Assembly (NCBI GenBank): GCA_964057225.1
Contig: OZ059899.1
Span: 7,068,001 to 7,132,000 of the forward strand
Reading direction: 5' to 3'
DNA length: 64,000 nucleotides
Source of the DNA: Auanema rhodensis
Lineage: Eukaryota; Animalia; Nematoda
Both the position numbers and the translations under genes were made by a program. The notes under the pieces are model-generated. The model was not told the origin of the DNA. It worked only from the letters and a program-made list of their open reading frames with translations, and did not search any database. Below are positions 27,701-42,600 of the stretch, piece after piece. Positions within the stretch are counted from its first letter, which is position 1, and each line of letters begins with the position of its first letter.

Positions 27701-28959
27701 TTCTTTATCTTTTTATTTTTTCATTTAATTTTGCTCTCTATTCCTTCTTATGTTATAATTATGTTTTCTCTTTTAAGCTCAATGTCTTCTACTCTCTTTA
27801 TATCTTTATCATTTTATTTTTCTTCTTTTCTTTACTTCTCTAATCTTTCAATAATATCTTCAATTATCTTCCATTTTCCTTTTTTTCTGCAAAATTAGTG
27901 AAAGTTAAATCTCTTCCCTTTTCTATTTCACCGAATAGACTCAAATTGACGGAATCATTCAAGATTGACGTGAGTCTTACAGGTGGTTAGAGAAAAGTAT
28001 GCTTATCACTTCCACATATCTTCTCACTTGATCCATTTTATGATTTTCATGCTTTCTCGTGCTTACATCTTCTTTGTCTTCTCTCACTAATCATCATTCT
28101 TAGCTATACTCAAGACGTTAAACCATCCAACTCTGGCGTTCCCAATACCCCCCTTCAGGATATTCTCAGATTACCAGCATATTCTCTTCTAATTTTACAT
28201 TTAAATTTCACTATCAGTATGTTGTTGTTGTATGAAAGAATTTACAAGCACAATATCCAATATATTTGATTTCTTAGTGTCTTCTTCACTCACATTGTTT
28301 ATAAATTGTTTTTATCAACAAAACATTTCCCTTGTAAATCATTACGATATCTTTTTTTTCTTAATATCTCATCCTATTTTATAATCTTTATATCTTTCTC
28401 ATCTTCTTTTTTCTTTTATTTTCTAATTTTTCACATTTTTTTTCTATCCATACATCTGCCTCAAGTCATTTCAGCTATACCAAGTCATTTCATGTTTACA
28501 TCATAAAAAACATTTGAAACGATTTTATGTTCGAAATCCTTCAAAATCTTTCAAAGTTCAAAAAAAAAGTTTTTTCTTTCATTCCACTTGGCTTCCAACT
28601 ATACAGGTCACTCTTTTTCAAATTCTTGTTCTTTTTTTTTCATTTTTTTCTGCGCAATCTCCATGTAATCTGAAATTCTTGAGAACTTTCAAACTTTTTT
28701 TTTTGGTTTTACCCCAATTGTTCTTATTTTTTTCAATTTCTTAGACATTTCTAACTATAATAAAAGAAAAGAAACATTTTATATATCTATGAGAGACATA
28801 TTCACATGATTTGATGTTATGTGATCTTTACGCTCATTTTGCAATTGATATTCATATAGCTTTAAGGTTTATTCTCTTCTCGTACTAGTGTTTCAACTTT
28901 TTTTTTCCTGTTTTATCTTTGAACTTTTATTTTTTGTTCTCATGTGGTCATATAATTAT

Positions 28960-28981
28960 ATTTATAATTTTAGGGTGTTAA
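28960..28981 (+). promoter_or_regulatory. Probable trans-splice acceptor 8 nt upstream of the LZTS-like ATG
   Basis: tttataattttag|ggtgttaaATG, with the AG at 28972-28973. Confidence 0.5.
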
Positions 28982-31900
28982 ATGGAAGCTATTGGCAGGA
29001 AGTTAGAATTAGGCATTTTTCGAACAAGGTTTTATAAATAAATTGAAATATAATAATTATAAATTATATATGTATGTTTTAGTAAACCAATAACAGAATG
29101 TAAAGATGATAAATTAAAAAAGGATAAGAAAAAGGCCAAAAAGAAATCTGCCGAAAATACATCTTCAGTATTAACAGAAAGGTATTTATTTTCTTTTAAA
29201 AAACCTTGTAATCAATATTTAATAAAATTTATTTAATAATTTATATATTGTATATAATGTAGTTTGAATGATGATCATTCTACATGATCTATTGATATTT
29301 AAAGATTATTTAAAAATAAGAAAATAATAAGTTTTTGTATTTTGTACAAGTTTTTAATTTATTTATTTTATAATTTATATAATAAAAATAAACTAAAGAT
29401 AATTTAAATATATAACTATATATATACAGTTATAAATTTAAATTATTAATAAAACATCAAATACTATAATAATCTTTAAATTTATATCTTCTGATGTTCC
29501 ATTATCACATTGTCATATTTACTGCTTTACTTCTTATTGTTCTTTTATTTCATTTTTTTCATAATATGACGTCAAACATGATGTGTAAATTATTTTTTTG
29601 ATTAAAAAAGATAAAAAAGAAATAAAAAATGTTTTTTATTTTACAGTTCAACATCGAAAGCTTCTGATGTTCCATTAACTCAGACGTTATTAATGAGGAA
29701 GAAACGTGAAAAGGAATGTTTTGCTAATGCAACTGTTCAAAAGGATTCCATGTATGTTTATTATTTATTTTATGAAAATAAATAAAATTTTGAAGGAAAA
29801 AAAAAACATTTTTTTCTTGAAAAATGCTCAAACAATCATTTTGAAGTTTGTCCATTTTCTATGTATATTACAACGGATATCATCTATCCGTTAGACAATT
29901 TATTTGTAGATTTAAAACCATTGCATGTTATCGTCTCATTTTTTTATTTTTAAAATTTATTTATTTATATATATACATCTATTATTTAATATTTATTTAT
30001 TATATTCTTATGTATAATTAATATTTTTCTAATTTCCTCTCAACGATTACATTGGACAATATGCTGTATCTATATATCCGGTATTCCATCTGCACTATTG
30101 GTATTAGTCATGCTAATTCAAGCTTATATGCTTTAAACGTTCGATTTTTCATAAAAGAACCATAATGATGTTTAAGATTTTATTTTATTCTCATTCTTCT
30201 TTGTATTTTTGGAAAAATCGTTCATGTATTCTTTCTCATATAAAACTCAATTGTAGTTTTCTTCCATCTGGAACTATAGAAAGATTTGAACTTTTTGAAT
30301 GAATTTCATCTAAAATCTAGTCAATAGTCGTATTGTTCAATTTCATGAGTAGATCAAAGCTTTTCAAGCTGGCTGTTGATGGTCTCTTGTCATAAAGCTT
30401 TCATAGGCATCATCTAGTTTCACTTCTTGATGATGTTTCAGATGGCATATCGTTTCAACATGTGGTTTGCATCATCTATCAGCCATCTTCATCTAATTTT
30501 AATTTTCTTTCGAGATTTTGAATGTATGAAGACCAAAAATAATATTGTGAATAACTTATAGTATTTATGATATATTTCTTATGTTTCTTCAGTACTAATT
30601 TTATTTTTTGTTAAAGAAAAAAATATTTATTAGATAGTACATGACGTCATATATACTATATGTATATATTCTTATAGTTTTAGTTTAAATAGAAATATCT
30701 TTTACAATTCTTGTTATAGAGAATTATCTTGTTGAAACTCAATTATTTGGGAATATTTTGGTACTGTAATAGCCGAATATGTCATGTCAGCTAGTTTGAT
30801 GTTTAAAATAGGTTGAATACAAGTGGTAAACTTTCTCTTCATCAACCATGCTCGCTTATTATCTCTCTATTTGGTCTGTATTTCGCTTATTCCGCTTGTG
30901 GCATTAACTATACATATAGTATAAGTATGTCTAGTTACATGTAATTTTGAACATATTGACAAGATAATTTGCATGAAGAATGCTTTTACAGCATGTTTTG
31001 AAATTTAATTCGTTATACATCTGTCTATACTTCAGTTTAGAAAGTTTTCATACATCTACCGAATGAGTCGGAATCCTTAAACGTCATTAAGTGCTCTGTT
31101 TTCTTTCATGTTACCGTCAGAAAATTTATTAAAGCCATGCAATTTCTAACAATTCTTTGTCCGAATTCAATTTATTTTTTCTTTCTCCTTTCAAGTCAAT
31201 TTACTTGCTTTAATCCACTCACACATGACACTGATTGCTTTCAGCCATCAAATGGTATATGAATTACTGAATTGAAATAAGTAATTCTTTCAATTTTTAT
31301 ATATACAGATGGTTTGAAAATGAAGAAAACCGATGTCGAGGTCAGAATAATGAAGTTCTTCCTTCATTCTTCATACTTTCTTTTTCCTCTCTCTCTATAT
31401 CTCTTCATGTTATTTAGAAAAGAACATCTCTTTCACATACACTTTGTCTCAATGTCTTTTCACTGTTCTGGTAAGCAGATTTTGAGTTAACGACGACGGC
31501 GTTACTAACAACGTTTTCGTCCTTGTAAGAAGGAAATATAACATCTGGCCATCTGATGAGCGTGAGATAGTCATGTATATACCTAGTTTTTCTAAATTAA
31601 AACTCGTTTTCTTTTATTTTGCCTTGATTTACTTGAAATTTCTGAGAAATGTTTTGGCTGGAGAAGCCATTAAATCCTTATATAGTATGATAGTTCAGCA
31701 ATTTGAAACATCTATTTTTAGAATTATAATATATATATTATCTTAGTTTACAATCTTTTTCAAGTTTTTTTTAAATTTAATGGTGGAAGTATTATGGCAA
31801 AGTTTCTAAGAAAGTTCTTCTCACTGTTAAAATTGCAACAAAATTTTTTTTTATTTGATTGATGAGGTTCGTGTCTCTATCAAAACGTTCATTAATTAAC

Positions 31901-34900
31901 ATCTTTATTATCATTTATTAAACTAAAATATATAATAATTATATATTTTTATTATTTAATTATTAGAATATTTATGTTAATTATATACAAAACTTGGATA
32001 ATTTACGCGAAATTATATAATCATTCGAGCAAGCATATAAGCGAAGAACGGTTGTTCCTATTTCTGTTCCTTCTTCCACTTCACCGTTTCTCTTTCTTTA
32101 AGTCACGGAAAGTATATATCTCTCTGTGAGTTCTCTCCCTCTCTCTTTCTTCCTCTCTCTTTCTCCCTCTCTCTTTCTCCCTCTCTCTTTCTCCCTCTCT
32201 CTCTCTACCTGTCTCTGACAAGCTTTTCTGTGTTTTTCTACGCTTTCGTGCTCCAAATTGTAAGAAGTGCTCGTTCAACGTCCTTTTCTTCTTAACAAGA
32301 AGCTTCAACAGATTAATCACTCATTCTGAACGTGGCAAGCATCTAGTCACACTTCACATCAGATTCCTTCGGAGTAATTGTGACCCACCGATTGCAGAGT
32401 GTTTGAGTGTAAAAACTCATCGAAGCCTCCACCTGTTCCTATCTAATAGTAGCAGTTTTGAGCGGATAACAGCAAAATGTTATCTGTAAAGAGAATGATG
32501 AAGAGATAAGGATGGTGATGATGGTAGCAAAAAGGGATAGATTGATGAAGAGTAGTTGCATTTAGTGATCTTCCCTTCACCTCAGGGCTTTTACCATTAC
32601 GCCAACTGAAGGTTCTCACTCATTGACACTATTGGCGACACCACGAATTTCGTATAACCTCTACTCAATCTGAGCTTTAACAACTGAAGTCGCAGCTTAT
32701 TCGGGTTGTACACCATAATACTTGAAATTTACAGAAGAAGTACTATTTCAAGTATAATTTGGCTCATATTATAATACATCTCGTATTCGTGTTGTCCTGT
32801 GGTTTGCCATCATCAACACTTCTACAGAATTAATCTGTATCCTATCGTCTCATCTTACTGACTAGTATTCTGATACTTTTCCTCAATAAGGACGACAAAC
32901 CACTAACCATCTGCTATATTCATCGTCTTGAATATTCCAATCGAAAATCTGAAATCTTTTACTGTTTAAGTACGAAGGCTTTATAGCGTGATATACGCTG
33001 ACCTCTCAGGTTCACACGTCGGTGTCTCATTAGTTGAGCCTTGACCTTGTTTGAATAAGAAACTTAAAAATTGTTTACCAGCCTGCCATTGTCATTCTAA
33101 TCAGCCGACTAAGTAGTATTCAAAATTATCGATTCTTACCTATAAGCTAATACATATATTCAATTATCATGGATAATATAGGAAAAGGTTCAAATCATCT
33201 TCATCATCATAAGACAACGACAATATTCCGGGCATTTGAGTTAACAAATTCAAATGAGAAATTGAAGTAAGTTGTTGTATATCCATCAACTTTATCTTTT
33301 TAAATTACTGTTAATCTATTCATTTTCTAGTCATTTTCTCCCTTTGTCAAAATTTTATATTTTGATTTGGTATCATTGAATTCTAACAATAAGCTTTAAC
33401 TTTTCTTTTTATTTTTATAATCTCTTTTAACAAATCAATTGACAGTATTATCCTTTCTTTATCTATAATATATCCTTCAAAATCTATTGAATATTCTCAG
33501 ATCGTTCAAGTCAGTCTTGGAGCCTTTTTTTCAATGACCAACTGTTCCTGATCCCATCTCTAACGGATCATCGTGTTCCTCATCATGCATGAGTAATTCT
33601 AAATCATTTGAATCATATTTTATTCTTCACCAATACAATTGAATGAAAGAAAAAGTATTCTAATCCATATAAGCTTTTCATTTCACTTTGAAAATTTATT
33701 TTTCCTTTCATCTATTGGTACCTTCACCCATCTGCTCCAGTTTTCTTACATTTCATACAGTTTCCGGTCACACTTAATCCGATTTTCCTCATTTTCACAA
33801 GAACTTTTGTACATTTCTGTTATTATGAAAATTCAAAAAGTAAAATAGAATTAAATGTTGATGAAAACATAACGAAAACAGTTCACAACGACCCTCCTCT
33901 TCATCTCATCTTAATCTCCGCCTTCTGTACTTCAGTTCAAATTATATTCTGAATTGAATGCTCTTTTAATCAAATAATGTATAAAGAAAAATATGAATCA
34001 ATCTTTAAGTAATTCTCTATAAGCTTATTCATCATCATCAAGCTTTGTTACGGTTTCTTGTTAGTGTTTGTTTGAATGATGGCCTAGGTATTTCGTTCGT
34101 CTAATCTCCAACATCATCTCTTCAACATCTGACCTTCTTATTACCTTTAAACACATTACCGAAGAAAGTTAAAACAAACCTCGCTATTAACAAATCATTT
34201 GTTCTTTTTCCCTTTCTTCCAATAAGTTTTTGAATGATGTTCGGACATTTATTCTAAGATATGTTTGTTTGTTGGAAAGTTACAAGCATCTGTTTGCAAT
34301 TATACCTAAAGAATATTCATTTTATCGAAGTCTTAAGTGATTTTTTCACATTTTTGTTGTTTTTCTTCCCATTTGACAAATCTATTTTAAAGATATTTTT
34401 TCTTTTATTTAAAACTTTGACGTGAACATTTGACGTGAAACTTTGTTGTAAACATGCATAAGTAGGTAAATCATTCTAATTTCAAATATGACACAGAACG
34501 GTTGTACCGGATTCTTTCAATCTTAATTGAATTCTATATTCACAAATATTTTCTTTTATATTTTCAAATTTAATTTCAAATTTCCATCAATTATTAGACT
34601 TATCTTCTAGTAAAACGATTTTTCTTTAAAATCATATAAAAGCAATAATCATACAATATAATGAATGTGTCACAAGAATAATGCAATTAGGTATTGACAC
34701 CGTTATTCTTTCTTTGAAATAGATTGAAGACATTCTATCCGCTCTATATACTTGTGAGTGCTAAAGATAATTAAGAAAAGAAAAAAAACTTTAACAACTA
34801 GCAATATGTTTGAATTTGATGAAAAAACGTTGAGAAAAAGCGACAAAAAGTAGTTTGATATCTACTAGATAGTATAGATGATATATATATAATATAATAA

Positions 34901-36987
34901 ATAATTATTCTATAATTATTATTTATTGAAATGATATTGAACTAGATAATTATATTAATATCATTTAATACTTATTGTCAATTACTTTTTTTTTATTTGT
35001 TTCTTCAATTTCTGTAAATCGTATTCATTTCTTTTAGATTGTCTTTTCATATTCTCACATCACATATCGCTACTCTCTCTCTCTCTCTCTTAGCCAAACA
35101 GCTTTCGATATTCCTTTTGTCCATCTCATGTATACATTACATATAGTATTATAGTATAAAATTATTTTCCAATCAGCTTTATTCATTTTCTTCTGTTTTT
35201 AAAACTAAATTAGCTACTTATAAATTTTTTTTGGTAAAAAAAAAATAAATATTATAGTTATATTAATTTTATTTAAATTTAAATTATTGAATATACTTTC
35301 TTTTTTTTTTTTCTAATTTTTATTCATTATAATATAAACTTTCTTCTGTTTTAAAGATATTGGGATCAACGATCTATTAACCATTCTGATTAACGCTTTT
35401 TTGACATTTTAAGAAACTTGAAAAGGAGAAAAAAAGCATCAAAGAAACATGATGAGCAAGCATTTTCTAGCTGATTGTTCATCTTACTGAATATCTTTCT
35501 CTTGTTCTTTTCACGTGTTTGTCTTCATAGATGAAGCCGATACTTGATCTATATTGACACGATATAAGCTAAGATGAAGCCGGCCAACTAACGCCTATCG
35601 CTCTCCAATCGTTTATGCAGATATGAACCCCTTTCACAGTCTAACTTTCTTAATTCACATATTTAAATGGCACACACACACGCTCTCTCTCTCTCTCTTT
35701 CTTTCTCTCTTATGGTTTTTTCTCTTTCTGCTTTAAATCTCTCTGTCTTCACCTCAATTGTCCCGTCTCTAGGGTCTTTGGTCTTTTTTTTTTTGCAGTT
35801 TCTAGTTCTCTCTCTATATTCTTATAGACATTTATCACATAAATCTGGAAAGCTTATGTGATTTGTCTTATTTCGACAACTTTCTTGACCATCCTTATGC
35901 AGTAGGCTTCGAATATTTAAAACGCTTTTTGAATCTTTTCTTTGAACTTTTCAATTTTGCATTATTTTACCTCGAAAGTTAACATATATAACATAGATGT
36001 TGCTTATTGTAATATTTGAAATATTTTATATTATATCTTATCTATACTATTATAATATAAATTATAAATTATATATATATACACACAAGATTTTCATTCT
36101 TTATATAACTACTGAACTATTATTCCTTATTTCAACACGAAAAAAATCTAATTTTAGCATAAATCTGTTTGCAAAACTTTGAATGCCTCACAACACCATG
36201 TCTTATGGTTAGAATCCAAAAAAAAGAAGGAAAAGACCAAAGACAGCTGTCATCCATTCTCATTCTTCACCTCACTTACCCACATTAAAGACACCTCTTT
36301 TGAACTAGCCGATACACAGTTTCCTTTTTTGGAAGAATCTTTCATCGTTCACACAGATGTGTATTGGCATGAATCAGATAAAATATACGAATCAACTATG
36401 TATTTTTCCTAAAGAATATCCAATTTTGCATAAATCTTGTAATATTATAATATATAAAATTATTATTATTATCATGTAATATTAATTATAAATTTGTTAT
36501 TGTTTTAGTTGTCGCGAAGCTGCTCAGAAAACGATCTCAGTTCCATATACCATTCCACAAATAGTTAAAGAATCTACAGAACTTACTGTAAGAATATCGA
36601 AACCATTGAAAAACGAATCCAAAAACGAACTAGAGGTAAGTATAAGTTTTTCAATTTTTTTCTTATTTTTGTATTCAAAAGTCAAAGTCATTCTGCTCTG
36701 TTTTTTTTTATCATTTCTTGCTAAATCTTAAAGCAATTGACGGCACTTACTTTAACTTTTTTTTTGTCGTTACTGTTCGCTAAAGTTATAAGTTGCGATT
36801 AATGCTTTTAAATTGAGAGAAGGATTAAGACTGAATATTCATCGTAAACTGGCTAGTTTATAGTGAGAATCGTCTAGTAAATGGACTATTCTTCATTTAA
36901 TATACAACTTCTGGTAGAAAATTAAAAAGCTCAACAGAAACTAAATACCAGCATATAGCTCATCATTAAATGAGAGCAAAAGATAGT

Positions 36988-37056
<69 letters not shown>

Positions 37057-39646
37057 GGGAAATGAGATATAGAAGAAATGTGCATCCAGATCAGACCAGA
37101 CTGAATCGACTTGCCAATCCTGGCAATGATCAAAATTCTCTTCTGCTTTGCAAAAGGCAAATTAGTTGTCTTAGAACCTCAATTCATCTTCTAGATTCAT
37201 TCTTCTGTCCGAATAGTGTCTTTTACCTCTTTTGTTCTTTTCAAATCATTAGTATTTATTCATCAATTATCATAGAAAAGTTTAAAAATCTTTTTTTAAA
37301 CATATACATTTCAAATTTATTCATTTTATTTCTTTTTAATAAAATATTATTTGTTTATTGATGAATTAAAACAACTTTATCTATGTGTTTACTGAAAGAA
37401 CTAAGGAATTCACTCCGCACTTCATCAATACATTTCTTGTGATTATACAGTTTTACTATTTACTTGTCATGGTTGCCAACAATCTTTTGCACGAAGAAGA
37501 GACTAAGTGAAAAAGAAATTACGGATATTGGTTCCTGAAAGAACTGGTTTTCCGGTGATTATTGTCGGCTCGTCCAATAGATTGTACTCGTGGTTGCCCG
37601 CATCTCCTTCCGTCGCTGGCTGACCGAAACAGACGCTGAACTAGTGTCAGTTCCGCATGCTTCTTCTGCGCTGTCTACGTTTCTTTAACGTTGTGCATCA
37701 TCATCACCATCCACATCAGCATCTTCATCAACAATCACATCGGCATTAGCATCATCATCTTCTTCTCCTCCTTCTTCTCTATCTCCTTCTTCTTCTACTC
37801 CAGCTTTATTCTGTTTTCCTGCGATTCTTTCTATACAAAAGGTATCTTCTCCTGAATCTTGTTTGTCTTCAACCTTTCGTTTCGTCGTCATCATCCTCCC
37901 TGTTTTTGTTATTTATTTAGACCTATAAGCTTGATAAATCATCTTTTCGAAGCCTAAGACGGTCTCGTCAGTTTCTTGGTTAGATGGTCATTTGGATACT
38001 AATAGATACTGTGCTCAAGGAAAAAAAATTTAATAAAACAATTTTTTTGTTTGAATTAACTTTGAAATAATTTTGGAATAGGTAGACTCCGTCATCTTCT
38101 GTGAAATCATTCTTTTCTTGATTTATTCACTCTTTTTGGCTGAAAATTTCTCAGTTTGTTCCAAACACCACTTATCATTCTAGCTTCCGAATTATCTCGT
38201 TATCCGGCTCCTTCTATCTCCTTTTCTTTACCTCGTTTATTTTTCTCATCAGCTAGTGTTTCCTCTTCTTCCGATCACACTATATCTCCAAGTTTTTTTC
38301 CCCTTCTTCGTCATCTAGATAACGGTTTATTCCGTTTTTCGAAGATTTGACAGCCTGTCATGATTCTCAAGTGGTTTCTGAAACGATTGCTCACGTGTTA
38401 ATTCTTCTTTATCTTGTCCTCATAACTTCTTGAACATTTCAGACAACGAACATTAACGACGATTCCACTGCCTCTCCAAGCAGTGCATACGCTCAATTAG
38501 TACGTTTCAATAAACTTATTATAACAATTTTTGTTTTTTAAAAATTCAAATTAAATGAGCCAACTTTGTCACAAAAAAACTTTCATTCATGGGATGGAAT
38601 ACAACGTATTTTCATGTTAAACTTAAAATATGAAACTTACTCTACTTATTAGTTTAAATTTAATAAAAAGATTTGAAAATATTTAATATTATTTATTTAT
38701 TTAAATTTAAAATTTTTATTATAATTAAGGTTGAACAAAAATTAGCTGAAATTGCGCAACAAGCCGAGCATTTAGCTCTCGCTATACGAAACGCCGACGA
38801 CAATAAAGACGACGACAATTCTTCTAATAAGGAGCAATTATCTGAGGTAATTTTATCGTTTGTATGTAGGACTTGTTCGAAACGAACTGGAACTTTCATT
38901 TATTTTTCATCTTTTACAAGCTTCTTCGTCTTCTTCTTCTTTATAATCTCTCAGTTTAAAGATTTATATAATCAAATTTGCACTCATCATCAGAATAAAT
39001 TTCAGACAACAACACAACTCGACATAGATTCATCTGCTCTGGATACCAGTAAAGACGATAGTACTTACGACCAAAATATTTTAAAAGTAGAGGTATGTAA
39101 AATTAAGTTTCTCTAATCATAAATATATTAAAAATATTTTATAATAAATATAATTCTATTATTGTAACATTCATTCCAAAATTTTTATTTGAAGATTGCC
39201 GCACCTGTTCTTAAAGCATCTGAAGAGCTTAGTTTACCTTCGCCCAAACAATCACGTGATAAACCAATCCAAACTAAGTAAGTTAAATATTTTATTTTAC
39301 AATATTCAACTTAAGTTTCGTTATAATTGTCTGTTATTCATTTTTCCCACGTAATTTTCTATTGCGTTCAGCAATCATGTCGTTTCGCAGTTTGTCCTCA
39401 TTTATACATTCGCTTAGTATTTTCTCTTCAAAATTTCCTTTTTATTCCTTTTAGAATAAGCGATGGTCCTAATTTTTTAAATTAAAATTATACTTTTCAT
39501 TTTATAATTTAAGTTTTTTTAACTATTCGTATATATTAAGTATTATAATTAAATTATATATGAAACACATAAAAAAAGATTTCTAATCAACAAAAATTGC
39601 TATTCTCTATTCATTTTCTATGTATTTTCTACCTCTCTACCTTTTC

Positions 39647-39694
<48 letters not shown>

Positions 39695-42600
39695 AGCAAC
39701 GTCATCTTGATCGTTAACATTTGACGACGTCAACAAGAACAATGGCGACATCTTTAAGAAGATGTCTTATTCAGCATCATCTATTGCATTGCGCTCTCAT
39801 CGAAATAACCATACAGCCCAATCTGTTGACTATCAGCTGGATGCCACTAAATAGCATCGTCGTAACAGAAAAAAATTGAATGAAATAGATGTCAGCTGGA
39901 ATAGATTTCATATCAAATTCAACTCATACCATTACTGGTCCATTGAAATTTCTCTTTCAAAACCATATTTCGGTCATTTAAATATAAAAATTGTGAATAG
40001 ATAAGATGAGAAAATTGAAAAATTGAGCTTATTCCCTATTTCATTGCGTAAGAAGATAATAGTGAAATAGCTTTTACTTTTCATTTCTTCTTCTTCTCCT
40101 TCTTCTTCTTATGTTTGATTTGAGCTTAATATTGCTTACGTTAAACTATTTCAATAACACTGTCCTTTCAAACTCTTCTGGACAGCCATTCTAACCAGCA
40201 TATGTTCATACATACTCTGTATGGTTTCAACATCCTTAATCCGTATAAACTATGCTTTACACTTATCTAGACTTTTCTGTTTCCACTTTAATAATATGTT
40301 TACTAATCCACTAGTTATGATGGTTGAAGGATGTCCTTAGTTTATTCCATGACCTTCGTTCAGCTTTCTCATATGTCTTCTTCATCTCGTACAATCGTCA
40401 ATTCTTCTTCAAATGTCTATTTAGTATATGTTCTCACCAAATTTACATTTATATATCATTTAATTCTCAACTATTACCTTATAGTCTTATTCAAATATTC
40501 AAAATCTGTTCGACTTTTCTATACTGGATTTCAAACTAAACTTGTTGTATTTCAGACGGAAGGTAATCAGTCGTGACGCAGTCCCATCCACCAAAGATAT
40601 AGTCATTTCGAATTCAACAGGTAGCAGTGTTGACCTCAGGCATGTTTCAGAGATTTATTCCACTTGTTTTCAATTTGTTTTTAAAAAAAATTTTAAATTA
40701 ATAAAATCCTATTTCAGACGTTTAGCTGAAGCAACAAGATCTTTATTAGAATTAGCTGGCACAGAACAAAAGCCATCTGATCAAGAAACAAATATGAAAA
40801 CTCGCCGAATTCCACCAGCTATGTCTACTTCAGAAATACACCTTTCAGACCGAACAGGTCGAGAAAGTTTAGCTGATCGCTTATCTAAAGGTAAAAAACT
40901 TTTTTTTTCTGTATTATGAAGCTTTCAACTTGACCATTTTCAAGGACTTCATGACTTCACTCATGGTTCAACAGATCGTCTTCAAAAATGGAAAACTAAA
41001 TTAAATTCTGGACGTCGTGCTAAAGATCAAAGTGAACCACCACCAACTAATAGGTAAAGACTTTTTTATATATTCCATTTTAACTAATCATTCATCTAGT
41101 TAAATGATTTAGCTAATATAATTAGTATTTCAACCTCACTTAATCTCTTCGCTGAATTTTCGGAAAGATTTTTTTTGTTCAACAATCACATACACACAGA
41201 CACTCACATGCACAGATCGGCTACATTCCATTCATTTTAATGAATGTTCTTTCCCGTTTTCCTCATTTTCTTGTTCCAAAACGTTTTGAACTGGTCACTT
41301 CAATCTTGCAATAGTTTGCGCTCAATTTCAAGCAACTGTCTACTATATTTCATAAACTTTTACCGAACTAACGAAGCAAAAAGCAAAAAGATCATGTTTC
41401 CACTTCTTTACTTGTCTGAAAACTATCTAGAACATCTGCTTATTCTGAATTTTAATACATTATATCCTTTTTATTTCTCTCAAATTACTAAAAGATCTTC
41501 ATTTTTAAAAAAGAAATGTTCTTTCGTTCGTCTTTGTTTTGTCAAATTCTTTTTCGATTTTAGAATGAGAAATTCAAATTTTATTTTTTTGAATATAGAG
41601 GATAATCATGAAGGTTATTCAGCCTTTCTTTATATTCTTTTCTAAGATATATCATTTCATATCTAAATTCCAATTAAACATACATATATAGGACATTCAT
41701 CCATCTTTCTATTTCACTTCTTCCCTATCTCTTTTCATGCTAATTATGTTTTGAAGTTTTTTTTATTCAGATTGTAGTATCTCACATGAGAAGGTCTTCT
41801 TTTTAAAATTTATTTAAGAATTTTCTTAATTCACTCTCAACAATAGAAAATGATGAGTGATAAGAGATGTTCGACAGACAACAATGAACGAGCAATCAGC
41901 TCAGACAGTTGTCTATGCTGGCTCATTTGTCTTCGTTTTCATTTCGATACTCTAGATCCCAAAAAGAAGAGACAAGTTCTGAAACGATTGGTCATTCATC
42001 AGTAGAAAACTCTTCCTTCATCCGTATTACATCGCTTTTTCTCTCTTATTTCAATCACAATGGTTCAAAACTTGAAGTGTTATCGCTTCACAAGCCTCTA
42101 TGATAAGATTTAAAAAAAAAAAGCTTCTACTTCATGAAATTCTTATTTAGAATTTTTTAATTTAATATATATATAATATTTTATTTAAGATCACATTACT
42201 CATCAACAATGCCAGCTAATGATGTTCTCTTGGATTGGACTGGTGTTCGTTCTCCCAGACCTCTTCATGCCTCAAAATCGGCAACAAATGCAATCAAGGA
42301 TAACATGTAAGTTTTTAAAATTAATTTAATTATATTACTTAAATATATGATATAGTATCATATTATCTACAACTAACTATACATATATAATCTATAACAT
42401 ATCATAATCACAATGTTTATTGCTGTATTTCTAGAAATAGAAAATTGATACAAAGACCACAAAAGACAAACTTGTTAGGAAAAAATCTTTTCAACCAACT
42501 TTTTTCATTATTGTTGTCAATAAAACCGACAATATTCGCATTCCAATAGAATGATCGATAGTGACATTTTGAGTTTCATGCCTCTCCTGTCTATTCTCCT

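Noticed and set aside
37685-37894. Acidic 69-aa minus-strand ORF
   Set aside because: It is the reverse translation of CAT/CTT simple repeats in an intron.
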